Assembly (NCBI GenBank): GCA_001600815.1 | Contig: BCKZ01000010.1 | Span: 556,142-618,235, forward strand | DNA: 62,094 nucleotides | Direction of reading: 5' to 3' | Source: Alloascoidea hylecoeti | Taxonomy: Eukaryota | In this document: positions 11,396 to 22,179 of the stretch, piece by piece | How positions within the stretch are numbered: position 1 is the stretch's first letter | Layout: every line of letters starts with the position of its first letter | The notes under the pieces: model-generated | Seen by the model: the letters and a program-made list of their open reading frames with translations, nothing else | Database searches by the model: none | Told to the model about the DNA's origin: nothing | Program-made: the position numbers and the translations under genes

Positions 11396-11771
11396 CTAAT
11401 CATCAGTTGCAGTATTATCGTTTTCATCTTGCCCTAAACTAGAACCAGCAAAACTTGTAATACCTGAGCTTCTCATGGTGCTTTGGACGAATCCTTTTTC
11501 TGAATCGATATCATTATTTGAAATTACTTTTTCAAGACTTTCAATCTTTTCTTCTATTTCTTTTTGTAGATTGAAAATTAATTTTGAATTGTGATCATTG
11601 TTTCTCAAACAAATATTTCAAGTCAGAAATCGTCTTCATTTCACTCTTAATAGATTCTAATTCAGCATGAGATATTGATTCTTGTTTACCTAGTTGAGTA
11701 TTGAATTTCTGCAATTCGGAGAATATCTTCTTTTGAGGTGGAGCAGGCGTAATATTGTCAATATCAGTCAT
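11396..11771 (-). pseudogene. Frameshifted, truncated tandem duplicate of the 12281..12904 gene
   Basis: Reads MTDIDNITPAPPQKKIFSELQKFNTQLGKQESISHAELESIKSEMKTISDLKYLFEKQ*, then after a frameshift DHNSKLIFNLQKEIEEKIE...GQDENDN. Collinear with the 207-aa ORF but lacks its C-terminal TM. Confidence 0.85.
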
Positions 11772-12280
11772 TTTGATGCCGTAGTGTTAGTAATTAAAAA
11801 AAGGGGGAATCAAAAGCTATAAAACTATTTTATGCTACTTATATGTCTATTATATATTAGGTATGAAAAATATATACATAAATCTTAAAATTTTGAATGT
11901 TCGATTGCTCTAAAAAAAATTTGTTGTACGAATAGATTCAGTAATTTTTTAAAAGTAATTCAGCAACAGTTTGACCTGATTATATTGTTTTAAATTCAAT
12001 TAATTAATAATACTATCAAGTTATGATCTTCTACAATTATATTAATTATTCCGTTGACCATATCTGTTTTTTTTAATCTGCGGTATAGTTATGTATTTTT
12101 TTTTTTTTTATTGAAATCGCAATTTTCAATTAAAGTCTTAATATAACAATAGACTCTTACTTTTTTCTTTAGTCTATCAACTATCGATATCATCAGCTAC
12201 AAATGGATTATAATCTTATTCATACAAACTATAGGCATGCACGATAAATTAAAAGAGACATTAACAATAGCAATGATACC

Positions 12281-12904
12281 TTAAAAAAGAGTTTCTAAGA
12301 TATATACAATACACTTCAAAAGCATTACAAATATTAAGACACAAAATGTAACACCGAGGATTCCAAAACATTTTGAAAATATCTCCTTATTTTTGAGACT
12401 CATTTTCTTTGATTTATCACCTTCTGTTGTAGTGCTCTCTGATCCTTCTTTAGGAGAATTTTCTTCATTAGTTGTAATATTATCGTTTTCATCTTGTCCT
12501 GAACTAGAAATAGCAGGAGTTGAATTATAGCTAGTAAAACTTGGAATACTTGAAAGACTTGATATAATTGAGCTTTCTAAAGAGCTTGGATATGCTAAAC
12601 CTTCTTCTAAATCGATATCATTAATTAGTTTTTCATGAAATTCAATCTTTTCTTCAATTTCTTTTCGTAAGTTGAAAATTAATTTTGAAGTATGACCATC
12701 AACTTCTTGCTTCCCAAAAGAGTGTTTCGAGTCAGCAATCATCTTCATTTCACTCTTAATAGATTCTAATTTGGCATAGGATATTGATTCTTGTTGATCT
12801 AGTTGAGTATCGCATTTCTGTAGCCGGGACAATATTCTTTTTTGAGATGAATTAATCAATGATACAGTGGGTGTAATATTGTCAATATCAGTCGTGTGGA
12901 ACAT
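12281..12904 (-). CDS. Hypothetical tail-anchored coiled-coil protein
   Basis: 207-aa ORF with a helical N-terminal half, an S/T/E-rich linker and a C-terminal hydrophobic segment (FGILGVTFCVLIFVMLL). Confidence 0.65.
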   Translation of the reverse strand: MFHTTDIDNITPTVSLINSSQKRILSRLQKCDTQLDQQESISYAKLESIKSEMKMIADSKHSFGKQEVDGHTSKLIFNLRKEIEEKIEFHEKLINDIDLEEGLAYPSSLESSIISSLSSIPSFTSYNSTPAISSSGQDENDNITTNEENSPKEGSESTTTEGDKSKKMSLKNKEIFSKCFGILGVTFCVLIFVMLLKCIVYILETLF

Positions 12905-13936
12905 GTCGTGTTAGTGATTAAAAGAAGAAGATAATGGAAAAAACTCTCTCTATATATATAATTGTTATGCAATATATCAAATATATAATCTGCATATAAT
13001 TATACAACCTAAACAGAAATAAAAAAAACACTACTATTGCGGAACTATAATTAATTAATTGATTGATTATGTTGCTATACTAATATATATATAGTATTTT
13101 TATAGCTATAGGATTATATCAATTGCAAATATTGCTGACAAAAGTAGAATTTTAGGTAATATTAATACTTAACGGGTTATACAATTTTTCCATTCTTAAT
13201 TTACTAATTGGCTATTGTAGAGAATATACTTTCGGAGATGGCGCGAGACGATAGTTTTCTGAATAACAGACTATTTATCTTCTAAATAATAACAAATTGA
13301 ATTAAACGGTTTTTTTCATGCATGAGTCAACTTAATTACGGCAAAACTACACTAGGTTTCGTTATTAATGAGGGTTCCTTTTCATACACAAATTGGAACA
13401 TACTCATATCCACGAAAGATTTATTACTTTGCTGCGGATTAAAGTTTAATTATTTATCAGATAACTAATGTTACTTCCCACGAATTATAACTTTGCCACA
13501 GTTGGTCAATTTCAACATTTGGTATATTCCGTGTTTGAAAATTTTTATCATCACATCCTCCAAAGAATTTTACCTTTTGTGCTGATTATTTCTTTAACCT
13601 TCGCAAAATAATGAGATATTCTTGTTATTTTCCGACAATTGCTTTCCATACTTCTCATTCTCTTTTGCATAAGAGTTTCATTATATTTAATACCTAACTT
13701 TTACACTGTGACATTACATATGGAAACAACCTGGTAAGATAATGAGTGATTGACTAATGAATAAATTTAAGTTTACAAATAAATTATGATTGGAATGGAA
13801 AATTCTAAAAGTGGGAAAATGCAAAGTTTAGTGTCCCGCTAAAAAAGATAAAAAGCACATGAAACCTCCAAAATAATTAACAGAAGAAGAAGTGTTGTTT
13901 CTATTTGTTAACATCACCTTCTTATAATCACTCATA

Positions 13937-16057
13937 ATGTCTTTTCCACCACCATCACCAACCTTGACAGCAATACCATCAAGATCCACACTTGAATTTG
14001 ACGATCCAAGTATAGACGGGTCTATCATGTCCCGGGAAAAGTCATCCTCCACAGCTTCATCTTGTACTTCTTTATCATCTCTCGCGTTTGATGATTTTCC
14101 CCACTCACAAACTCACGCACATCCTATATCTATAGCAGCACAGTTTATTGGATTCGACCTCGATGATGTTGAAGAAGAAATAAGACGAAGAAGAAGGTTA
14201 AAAGCAAAGGGAAATTTTGGTTCTTCTACAGGGTATCTGTCTGACTATTCTGCTACTACCATCAGTGATACACTAGATTCAGATGAAGAAGAAGAAATTC
14301 TTAATGAGATCGCCGATGCTGGATTAGACTTTGATGATAATAATAATAGTAATAACAAGAACAATAACAATAGCACTTATAATGATGATGAGAAAAATAA
14401 AGCAACTAATGGATCTGCTTATTTCGCAATGTTAAATGATAAATACTCAACCCTAAGGAAACAATTACACTCTCCAATACAAACAAAAGATGCATATGTA
14501 AATAAAATTAAAGGTAAATTAAACAAAACAAACATTAATAACAATAATATTAATGAACGGAATCATTTTAGCGATCAGTTGCTTGAAAAGATAATATTAT
14601 GGTCTATGCCTGCACAACCTCAAGAAAAAGCAGAAATTGAACAAAGAATTAAAGATCAAGATGAGCAACAAGTTCCAAGTTTATCAATGGGTGTGATGAT
14701 ATCAAATATGAAAAAAATGAGTGCAAGAATGGGTGTCTTTTTCACAATTCAATATACTATATTAAAAATTATTAATTGGGCAAATCCAAATATGACTGTT
14801 GCAGTATTAATTTTGTACACTTATATTTGTTTACATCCATTTATATTAGTATTATTACCATTCATCTATTTACTATTTGGTATTATGGTTCCTGCTTATT
14901 ATCATCGACATCCAGATTTAGAATACCCAAAATTACGAAGAAAGAAAGGTAAACTGGTACAACCTGAGAATAAAAACGATCAAGATGAAGAAACAGAACA
15001 ACAGGAACAACAACCACAACCTGAAATCACCCCTAAAGCTCACTTAGACCCCGATGATCCTTTAAATCTAATTCCATTAAAAGATAGAATGACAATGAGC
15101 GATAAAGAAAAGGAATCGATGAGTAACTTCTTATCGAGAAATAATAAGTTAAGAAAAGAATTCAGTAATCGAATGATTAGGTATAATTTAGATGTATTGA
15201 TTAATTTACGTGATTTACAAAATCTTATTACTGATGTCATTGATATGTATGATATGGCTGAAGATTTTATTTTTGGTCCTGCTGGATTTGTTGATGAGAG
15301 ACATTCAACATCATTATTTATCACAGTTTTACTTATAGTTGCTGGAATTACAATAATTGGAAATTATATTCCTTGGACATTGATATTAATTAGTGGTGGT
15401 TGGGGTGGTATAATTTCATGTCATCCAAAAGTTCGTGCTAAATTGTTAAAACATCAACATCAATTTTTAACACAAAACAAAAAGAAAAAAGTTAATATTA
15501 ATAAAATTGTTCATAATTTTCAGGATACTGATATAATTTTAGATGAAGCACCAGTAATTTCTACTGTTGAAATATTTGAGTTACAAAGACAAGGGCTAAC
15601 ACCAAGAAGTTGGGAACCATGGGTCTACACTGCCAAAATATTTGAGCCCTCTTCTTCTATAAGGTTAGCAAGACAAAGACCTGCTGGTGCGCCTTTCTTA
15701 GAAGAAGTTTTACCTCCACCTGGTTGGGAATTTAAAGATAGTGATCTATGGGATGTTGATAATCATGCTGTTAAGTGGTGTGAAGATAGAGGACTTTGTA
15801 ATGTTTCTGTTGGAATTGATGGCTCGTGGGTTTATGATTATGAACCAATTAAACCAAAAACTATAACACATTTTGAAATGGATGATGATGGAAATTTAAT
15901 TGAAACGGTCCAAGATGAAGATATAGTAGAAAGGGAAGAAAATCAAATTCCAAAATATAAAATAGGTGAATGGAGAAGGAGACGATTATATAGAAAATGT
16001 TATCGTAAAGTACGCGCTCCATTAGTACCAAAAAGGCTGAGAAAAGAAATTGTTTAA
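13937..16057 (+). CDS. PEX28: Pex23-family peroxin, Pex24/Pex28 subgroup (reticulon-like TMs plus dysferlin domain)
   Basis: 'DQLLEKII...MP', 'INWANP', 'NLRDLQN', 'DERHS', 'VEIFELQRQGLTPRSW' and terminal 'WRRRR'. Confidence 0.8.
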   Translation: MSFPPPSPTLTAIPSRSTLEFDDPSIDGSIMSREKSSSTASSCTSLSSLAFDDFPHSQTHAHPISIAAQFIGFDLDDVEEEIRRRRRLKAKGNFGSSTGYLSDYSATTISDTLDSDEEEEILNEIADAGLDFDDNNNSNNKNNNNSTYNDDEKNKATNGSAYFAMLNDKYSTLRKQLHSPIQTKDAYVNKIKGKLNKTNINNNNINERNHFSDQLLEKIILWSMPAQPQEKAEIEQRIKDQDEQQVPSLSMGVMISNMKKMSARMGVFFTIQYTILKIINWANPNMTVAVLILYTYICLHPFILVLLPFIYLLFGIMVPAYYHRHPDLEYPKLRRKKGKLVQPENKNDQDEETEQQEQQPQPEITPKAHLDPDDPLNLIPLKDRMTMSDKEKESMSNFLSRNNKLRKEFSNRMIRYNLDVLINLRDLQNLITDVIDMYDMAEDFIFGPAGFVDERHSTSLFITVLLIVAGITIIGNYIPWTLILISGGWGGIISCHPKVRAKLLKHQHQFLTQNKKKKVNINKIVHNFQDTDIILDEAPVISTVEIFELQRQGLTPRSWEPWVYTAKIFEPSSSIRLARQRPAGAPFLEEVLPPPGWEFKDSDLWDVDNHAVKWCEDRGLCNVSVGIDGSWVYDYEPIKPKTITHFEMDDDGNLIETVQDEDIVEREENQIPKYKIGEWRRRRLYRKCYRKVRAPLVPKRLRKEIV

Positions 16058-16764
16058 TAGTCAAATAATACCTATAATTAGCTATATAGATATTTATAAT
16101 AAAACAATTGAAACTGTACTTTATTCTATAGCGTAATTTTATAAATTAGTCGTCGGTATCCAGCTGTTATACTGGCATTGGACCCGGACCCCAGACTCTC
16201 AGTAATATGGAATACGAAATTCTTCTATATCTATTCAGAGTATTTTATTTCGATATTAGTAACTAATATGATTATAAGAATACAAAGTACTATAGCTTTA
16301 TTAAATTTGAGTATTTGATGTGAAGAATGTTATAATAAATTTGAGAATGTATAATTACTATGGATAGTGATCGTTTCGATAATTTCTTCCCTGTCATAAT
16401 TTAACTCAAATATTAATTGTTCCTTTTTTATTTCAAAATGCTTGAAATATAAACATTAAGGTCAATGTTATCCATGGATCAACGAGGTATGATCATGGGT
16501 GGTATCTCAAATATTGATCTTTCTGATGATGGTTTATTTAAGCACAATTATCACAATTGAGTAAGTTCAATCACGTTAATTATATGTACAATAACTATGG
16601 GCCGAGGTAAATACTGAAAGAATGCAATTTGTGGTTAATAAAATTGGCTTCTCAATATTTAATAAAATAGATATGTAGTTGGTATTAATTTCCTATTGAA
16701 ATTGGACGAAATTTATAGTGCATAGTGCCATATACTACACTAATTTTATATTGCCCGCTGGTAT

Positions 16765-17717
16765 GCTTTGCGAAATAGTATTATAACATACTACTCACTT
16801 CTTTTCTTCTTTTCAGAATTTTTTTTTTTTTTAATTTCTCTAATTAATCATAACATTCTTAATTTAACAACATGATATTGACAAAATAAATTTAAAGAAT
16901 TTACTTGGTTTAGAACAAGATTTTTGACCTTCATGTAATTATAGCTAGAGACTTCAACATCATAAGGAAATGGTTTAAATAGATTACATCCTATTTCAAT
17001 TTTTCCAAGAATCTCGTTCAACATGGATATATTAAATTCTTTAAGTCTAATTCCTTTTCAATCAAATATAGAAGAAAATCAAAATGAAATTGAAGATTTT
17101 ACAGTTGAATTAGATAAATTAATATCAGAAAATGCTAATAAAATTTTAGATTATACAAATAAATACAAACAACAATAAAAGAAGATCGGTTTGTACACTT
17201 ATTAATTCCGATTTAATTTAAACTTTATCAAATGATGATAAAAAAAGAATTAATAATGCTATGGAGCTCGCGAGTAAAAACATAGAGATTAGGTTTTAAT
17301 CGAATGAGTATAACTGGTAAAAAGAAACATTCAAATTCAAATACAAATATAAATAAATTTAAAAAATGGAACTCTCAATAAGAATGAAAATGAATTAAGT
17401 TTAATTAATATTTATGAATTTGTTCAAACATTCATTATTAAATTGTGAATTTTTTAAATATTATGAGAAGGGTATATATTGGTACATATATGAAGTTGTC
17501 ACATACAGATTCAAAACCAGACATCAATCAAATCAATAATGAATTAAAAGATTATATAAATAAGATTTGTGATAATGGTATTCCCAAAACTTCAATAATA
17601 TATCCTTACATCAATCTATTCCATCAACACTCCATCTTAAAAATGCTAATGATTGGAAGCTTATTTTTTTCATCACTTCCACATCAAATGAGTCAAATAA
17701 CATCAAAAATTAAATTA
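16765..17717 (+). pseudogene. Inverted, internally deleted copy of the 51809..54265 gene, including part of its upstream flank
   Basis: Collinear blocks of near-identical DNA, e.g. GAAGAAAATCAAAATGAAATTGAAGAT and ATCAATCAAATCAATAATGAATTAAAAGATTATATAAATA. The flank ATAACATACTACTCACTT matches the reverse complement of 54349-54366. Many stops, frameshifts and large deletions. Confidence 0.95.
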
Positions 17718-17790
17718 ATTATATAAAACACCGATATAAAAGCTAAACATATAACAACTACCTATACATTTGTTATTGCAATAAATTTCG

Positions 17791-18128
17791 CTATTCTTTT
17801 TTTTTGATATTTATTTCACATTCTTCTCGTACACATTTTTCATATAATTTGATTAGATCTATTTTATCAAGTTCTGCCGTCACTTCATCATCTAGCCAAT
17901 TGATCAAATGTTTCTTTCATTTTAATCTTGTATTTTTCAATTTGATCCTGAGTAAAGTTAAATGACAGTAAAGAATTCATCATATTCAGTTCTGAATTCA
18001 ACATATGATCTTTCGATTGTTTCATATGATGAAGATGTTATTAATGGGGTAGCGGGTTGTGGCGTGGCTTGTGGGGCAGGTTGTGGAGCGGATGGGAGAG
18101 AAGAGTTTTTTCTAGTGTGTTCTGCTAT
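17791..18128 (-). pseudogene. Relic of an unidentified gene
   Basis: Begins at ATA (possible mutated ATG) and reads AEHTRKNSSLPSAPQPAPQATPQPATP...EYDEFF, followed by two frameshifted coding-like segments (FTQDQIEKYKIKMKETFDQL; LDDEVTAELDKIDLIKLYEK). Confidence 0.45.
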
Positions 18129-18200
18129 GATTGTTGAGATATGTAAAAGAAAGAGAATAAATTTATGGTTTTTATAGGATTATGGGTATATCTTGGTTTG

Positions 18201-18399
18201 TACCGTAGATCTTCAAACCATCAATACAACGTCTATTTAAGGATATAAATTTCAAACACATTAATGATTAACCCTTTAATTATATATATATATCATACCA
18301 AAAGTTATAAACATGCATACGCATATGCATAATAGCTGGTTTTGGGAAGCTACAAACTTACTATGCATTGCATATGCATACGGACTTTTTAAAATATAA
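18201..18399 (+). repeat. Dispersed ~200-bp segment, copy A (copy B at 49931..50120)
   Basis: Shared blocks in order: TAC(C/T)GTAGAT, ATTAACCCTTTAAT, AAAAGTTAT(A/G)AACATGCATA(C/T)GCATATGC, TAGCTGGTTTTGG, AAAATATAA. Confidence 0.85.
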
Positions 18400-18750
18400 G
18401 TTATATTAATAATTATTAACCCTCAAGCTGGCCTACAACATTATGTACGCTTTCTCATCAAGTTTCTTTTTACCATACTTTCTGCTTAGATGATAGTTCT
18501 AGAACCTTCCTTGTTACTGTTTGTCATTTATACATATACCATCGAAACTTTTATCAATATTATCAAATTAAAGAAATAAAAAAAACACATTAAATTATAA
18601 AAATCATACACCCCACATTTACTTATAATATATTAAAAATCAATCATCTATAATAAAACCCTCTAATATTAACATTTTGTTAATAAATTTAAAATCAGAG
18701 GGAAATTCCAATATTAATTCCTGTATTTGTTTTACAGCTGCCATAAGTTA

Positions 18751-21700
18751 TTACATAAATTTCTCCAGCTGGTTTTTTTCCCTAATAGCATAAGAATCCA
18801 AATAATTTCTCCATATTTTGAACCCATTTTCTTTTAAACTTTCTATCTGTCTTTCTTCAACTCCTGTAATAATACATTTCGATAATTCAGATTTTTTAAA
18901 ATGTCGTAATGCTGTACAAATCAACCCTAATCTAAAAACATCATTTAAATTTTGATATGATGGATCAATTAATTGTCCAGTTATTCCACCAATAGAATGT
19001 TGTTGCTGTACATCTATTGATATCGATGAGGTAGTTGATCCTTTGCTACTAATATTAACATCTTGATTTAATGATTGAAATGTATCAATAAATGGGAAGA
19101 ATTTAGAGATTATGCTTCTATTGCTAAAGACAATAATACAACCTACCACGTCACGATTTGATGGTTCTAAAGCCATAATGATTCTACAATCAATATTTGA
19201 TTGTTTTATTGCTTCTAAATATAATTCATATAAACCACTGGTATCCATATAATGTTCACGGATTAATTCTAAAATTTCTTCTTGTCTTTCAGGTGTACGA
19301 CACATATCGAACATTATACCAACAACTTGTAATTCTCTAACAAGTTTTGTTGGTACAATCCAGGATGATAAGTCATCAAGTTCCATAATTGAATGGATAC
19401 GTTGCTTTTCTATGTGATGTTTTGAAGGCACGGAAAGTAATGGAGTTGAAGAAATTGATTCAGATTCAACACTAGGATTATTATCATCAGATGATGATGA
19501 TTCAGTAATATCCCATCCAACACTTTTTAAAAATTGGACTGGAGTTGATTTTAAGACATGTCTTTTAAAAACATAGTCATCATCAATATTAATTAAATGA
19601 TTGGGTAGAAAAAGTAATGGGAATGAAGAACCTAAAGTAATTGTTTCACATTTTTGTTCTTTAATCAAATAACGTAAAGCTCTTAAATGTAAACTTTTAC
19701 CAATAGATTGATTACGTCTTGATCTATCAACACCAATTAGTAAAATATTACCTCTTTTTAATCTTTTATCAACCCATGTTAGGCAAAATCCATATAATGA
19801 ATTTATACTTGAATTTCTCACAACAAAATGAGTTTGTGGATTTTTTGGATCAAATAAAACTTGTGAAAATAATTTTATAAATGGTATTGTTGCTTGATTC
19901 ATAAAGATTAATCCACCATCATTGATTGAGTTTATATCAGGGGAACTGGCATTAGTATCATTTGAATTTGGAGTTGAAGTTGAATTTGAATTCATTGGAT
20001 TTCTAATTGCATTCCATAAAACGATTAAACTTTTTAAATCACGTTCTGGTTCAAATTCATCAACTAACCATCTATGAAAACGATTTCTTCTTTTTTTATT
20101 TTTTGTATTATCACCATTATTAGATCTTGAAGCTTCGAGATATCTTTCACCAGGTACATGACCTTTAGGAGCTAATTTACCAAATAAAACATCAACTAAA
20201 CAATCAAGCGCTTCTTTTGTATATTCATAAGTACAAATATATGTTGAAACAATACTTTGTTCATATAAGAAATCATATGGTGATGATACAGCAATGATAA
20301 TTAATGGTTTTTCGGTACTTGTTGCTTTACCATTTGAATTCATTATACGACTTGAATGACAAATCATTGAAACATGTTTCGTAAAACCAATTTGATACAT
20401 ATTTCGACTTGAATCAGCAGTAACTATAATTACTAATTTACATTTTTCAATCAATTGTTCATGAACCGATGTTATACCATTTGCAGTATAACTGGTATGA
20501 TATACTTTATATTTTGGTTTTTCATTTGAATTTGAAAACTTTTGAAGTAGATTTTTATTAATTTCATTATCATCATCAAAGTATTCAGATAATTTTTTAC
20601 CAAAATCTTGAAAAACAGTTTCACCAATAAAACAATCTTCAGATTCATCTTCTGAACTATTAGTTGATCCATTATCATCATAATTTTCATTCTCAATATT
20701 AGTCTCATCAAAATGTTCATATAATGGATAGACTAGTGGAGTTAAAATAAGAATTCCATTATCTTCAGGTAATGTATCATCATTTCCCATTATAAATTTA
20801 GTTAAAGGTAAGTTATTGTTATGATCTCGAATCAAAGTAATTGAGTTTTGATATAGTAATTTTGATAGTATATGATGATTTTCCCAAATTTTTAATTCTT
20901 TTGGAGAGTTTAAAATTTCATCCCATGTTGGTAGATTTGATTTTAATTTCATTACTCTAGCAATAGATTCATCAAAATAATCATCATCAATTGTACCATT
21001 TGTAACTGCTTCAAATAGAGATTGAAAGGATTCTTTTTGTAGTTGGAAATCATGACAAACCATAATTAAGTCACAACCAGCAAAAAATGCCATAATTACA
21101 CCTTGTCTGATACCCATATTTCTATAAAGAGCCTCCATTTCTAGACATTCACTTATTATAACACCACCAAACTCCATTTTCTCGCGGATTAGTTGTTTAA
21201 CGATTATAGGACTTAAACATGCATGCATTTCATCTGGGGAAATACGGGGAACGGCACAACCTCCCACAAAAATTGCATCCAAAACGTTTTCATTTGCACA
21301 ATGTTGAAAAGGGATGATTAACGAAGATTCAATTGCATTTAAGGTATCGTGGACCATTGGCAATCCTAGTAAACTATCCACAACAGCCGTTCCTAACCCA
21401 GGAAAATGTTTACCGGCCGTTAAGAGACCCCCATCTTTATAACCGCGAGCAGCAGCGGCTCCATATTTACAGACCTGTTCAGTATTGCTACCCATTGACC
21501 TAACACCAATTAACTGGTTTGACATAACAGCCACAACATCAAGAACGGGGCCTAAAGTCATCCCAACGCCAATAGATTTCAGCTCTTGTGCTATTGCTTG
21601 ACAAGCATCGTGTATCATTTCAGTCGACCCAGTACTAGCTAAAGCCATTGCCCCGGGAAACTGAGTTATAAATCTCGAGTCTGATAAGGAATTTAACATT

Positions 21701-21960
21701 CCTCCTTCTTCGTCAATACATATCAGTAGAGGATAAGGGTGTCCAGACTCAAATGCCAATTTTTGTAAGTCATATATTAACTTCTGGGTTTGTTTCGCGT
21801 TAATGATATTTTTACTACTAATAATTAGGGCACCAACCTTATACTCTGAAATCAACGTCCTTGCCTGCTGAGTAACAGTCGTTCCCTCAAATCCCAGCAC
21901 TAGCAATTGCCCTACTTTATCTGAAAGAGACAACTCTTTGGGAGTATTTACAATGGCCAT
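18751..21960 (-). CDS. NGS1: GH3 (NagZ-like) plus GNAT fusion, Ngs1-type GlcNAc sensor
   Basis: N-terminal GH3 barrel ('IDEEGG', 'FPGAMAL', 'GPVLDV', 'KHFPG'); C-terminal GNAT motif A ('GVDRSRRNQSIGKSL'); head-to-head with a GlcNAc-6-P deacetylase. Confidence 0.85.
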   Translation of the reverse strand: MAIVNTPKELSLSDKVGQLLVLGFEGTTVTQQARTLISEYKVGALIISSKNIINAKQTQKLIYDLQKLAFESGHPYPLLICIDEEGGMLNSLSDSRFITQFPGAMALASTGSTEMIHDACQAIAQELKSIGVGMTLGPVLDVVAVMSNQLIGVRSMGSNTEQVCKYGAAAARGYKDGGLLTAGKHFPGLGTAVVDSLLGLPMVHDTLNAIESSLIIPFQHCANENVLDAIFVGGCAVPRISPDEMHACLSPIIVKQLIREKMEFGGVIISECLEMEALYRNMGIRQGVIMAFFAGCDLIMVCHDFQLQKESFQSLFEAVTNGTIDDDYFDESIARVMKLKSNLPTWDEILNSPKELKIWENHHILSKLLYQNSITLIRDHNNNLPLTKFIMGNDDTLPEDNGILILTPLVYPLYEHFDETNIENENYDDNGSTNSSEDESEDCFIGETVFQDFGKKLSEYFDDDNEINKNLLQKFSNSNEKPKYKVYHTSYTANGITSVHEQLIEKCKLVIIVTADSSRNMYQIGFTKHVSMICHSSRIMNSNGKATSTEKPLIIIAVSSPYDFLYEQSIVSTYICTYEYTKEALDCLVDVLFGKLAPKGHVPGERYLEASRSNNGDNTKNKKRRNRFHRWLVDEFEPERDLKSLIVLWNAIRNPMNSNSTSTPNSNDTNASSPDINSINDGGLIFMNQATIPFIKLFSQVLFDPKNPQTHFVVRNSSINSLYGFCLTWVDKRLKRGNILLIGVDRSRRNQSIGKSLHLRALRYLIKEQKCETITLGSSFPLLFLPNHLINIDDDYVFKRHVLKSTPVQFLKSVGWDITESSSSDDNNPSVESESISSTPLLSVPSKHHIEKQRIHSIMELDDLSSWIVPTKLVRELQVVGIMFDMCRTPERQEEILELIREHYMDTSGLYELYLEAIKQSNIDCRIIMALEPSNRDVVGCIIVFSNRSIISKFFPFIDTFQSLNQDVNISSKGSTTSSISIDVQQQHSIGGITGQLIDPSYQNLNDVFRLGLICTALRHFKKSELSKCIITGVEERQIESLKENGFKIWRNYLDSYAIREKNQLEKFM

Positions 21961-22043
21961 AGTAAAACACTAGTAGCAATTGCAATATAATTAATCCCAG
22001 TGTTTGGATGTTTTGAAATCTCTCGCTCCCTCTTACCCGGCTT

Positions 22044-22066
22044 CGGATGTAACATGGTTGCATCCG
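22044..22066. promoter_or_regulatory. Dyad-symmetric element in the NGS1-DAC1 divergent promoter
   Basis: CGGATGTAAC-ATG-GTTGCATCCG: arms match 9/10, CGG-N17-CCG geometry, near the middle of the 219-bp intergenic gap. Confidence 0.5.
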
Positions 22067-22179
22067 TGTTGTATTGAAACTTAAAGAAAGTTAAACCGTT
22101 TTATATAAAAGAAGCACCGATTGCCGCGCATCTCAGTTCTTTTTTTTTTTGATCTTCACCAACTATTCTTCTATTTACA

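Noticed and set aside
18201..18420. Shared segment as a Helitron 3' end
   Set aside because: No shared subterminal GC hairpin plus CTRR terminus is visible in both copies. Kept only as an alternative hypothesis.
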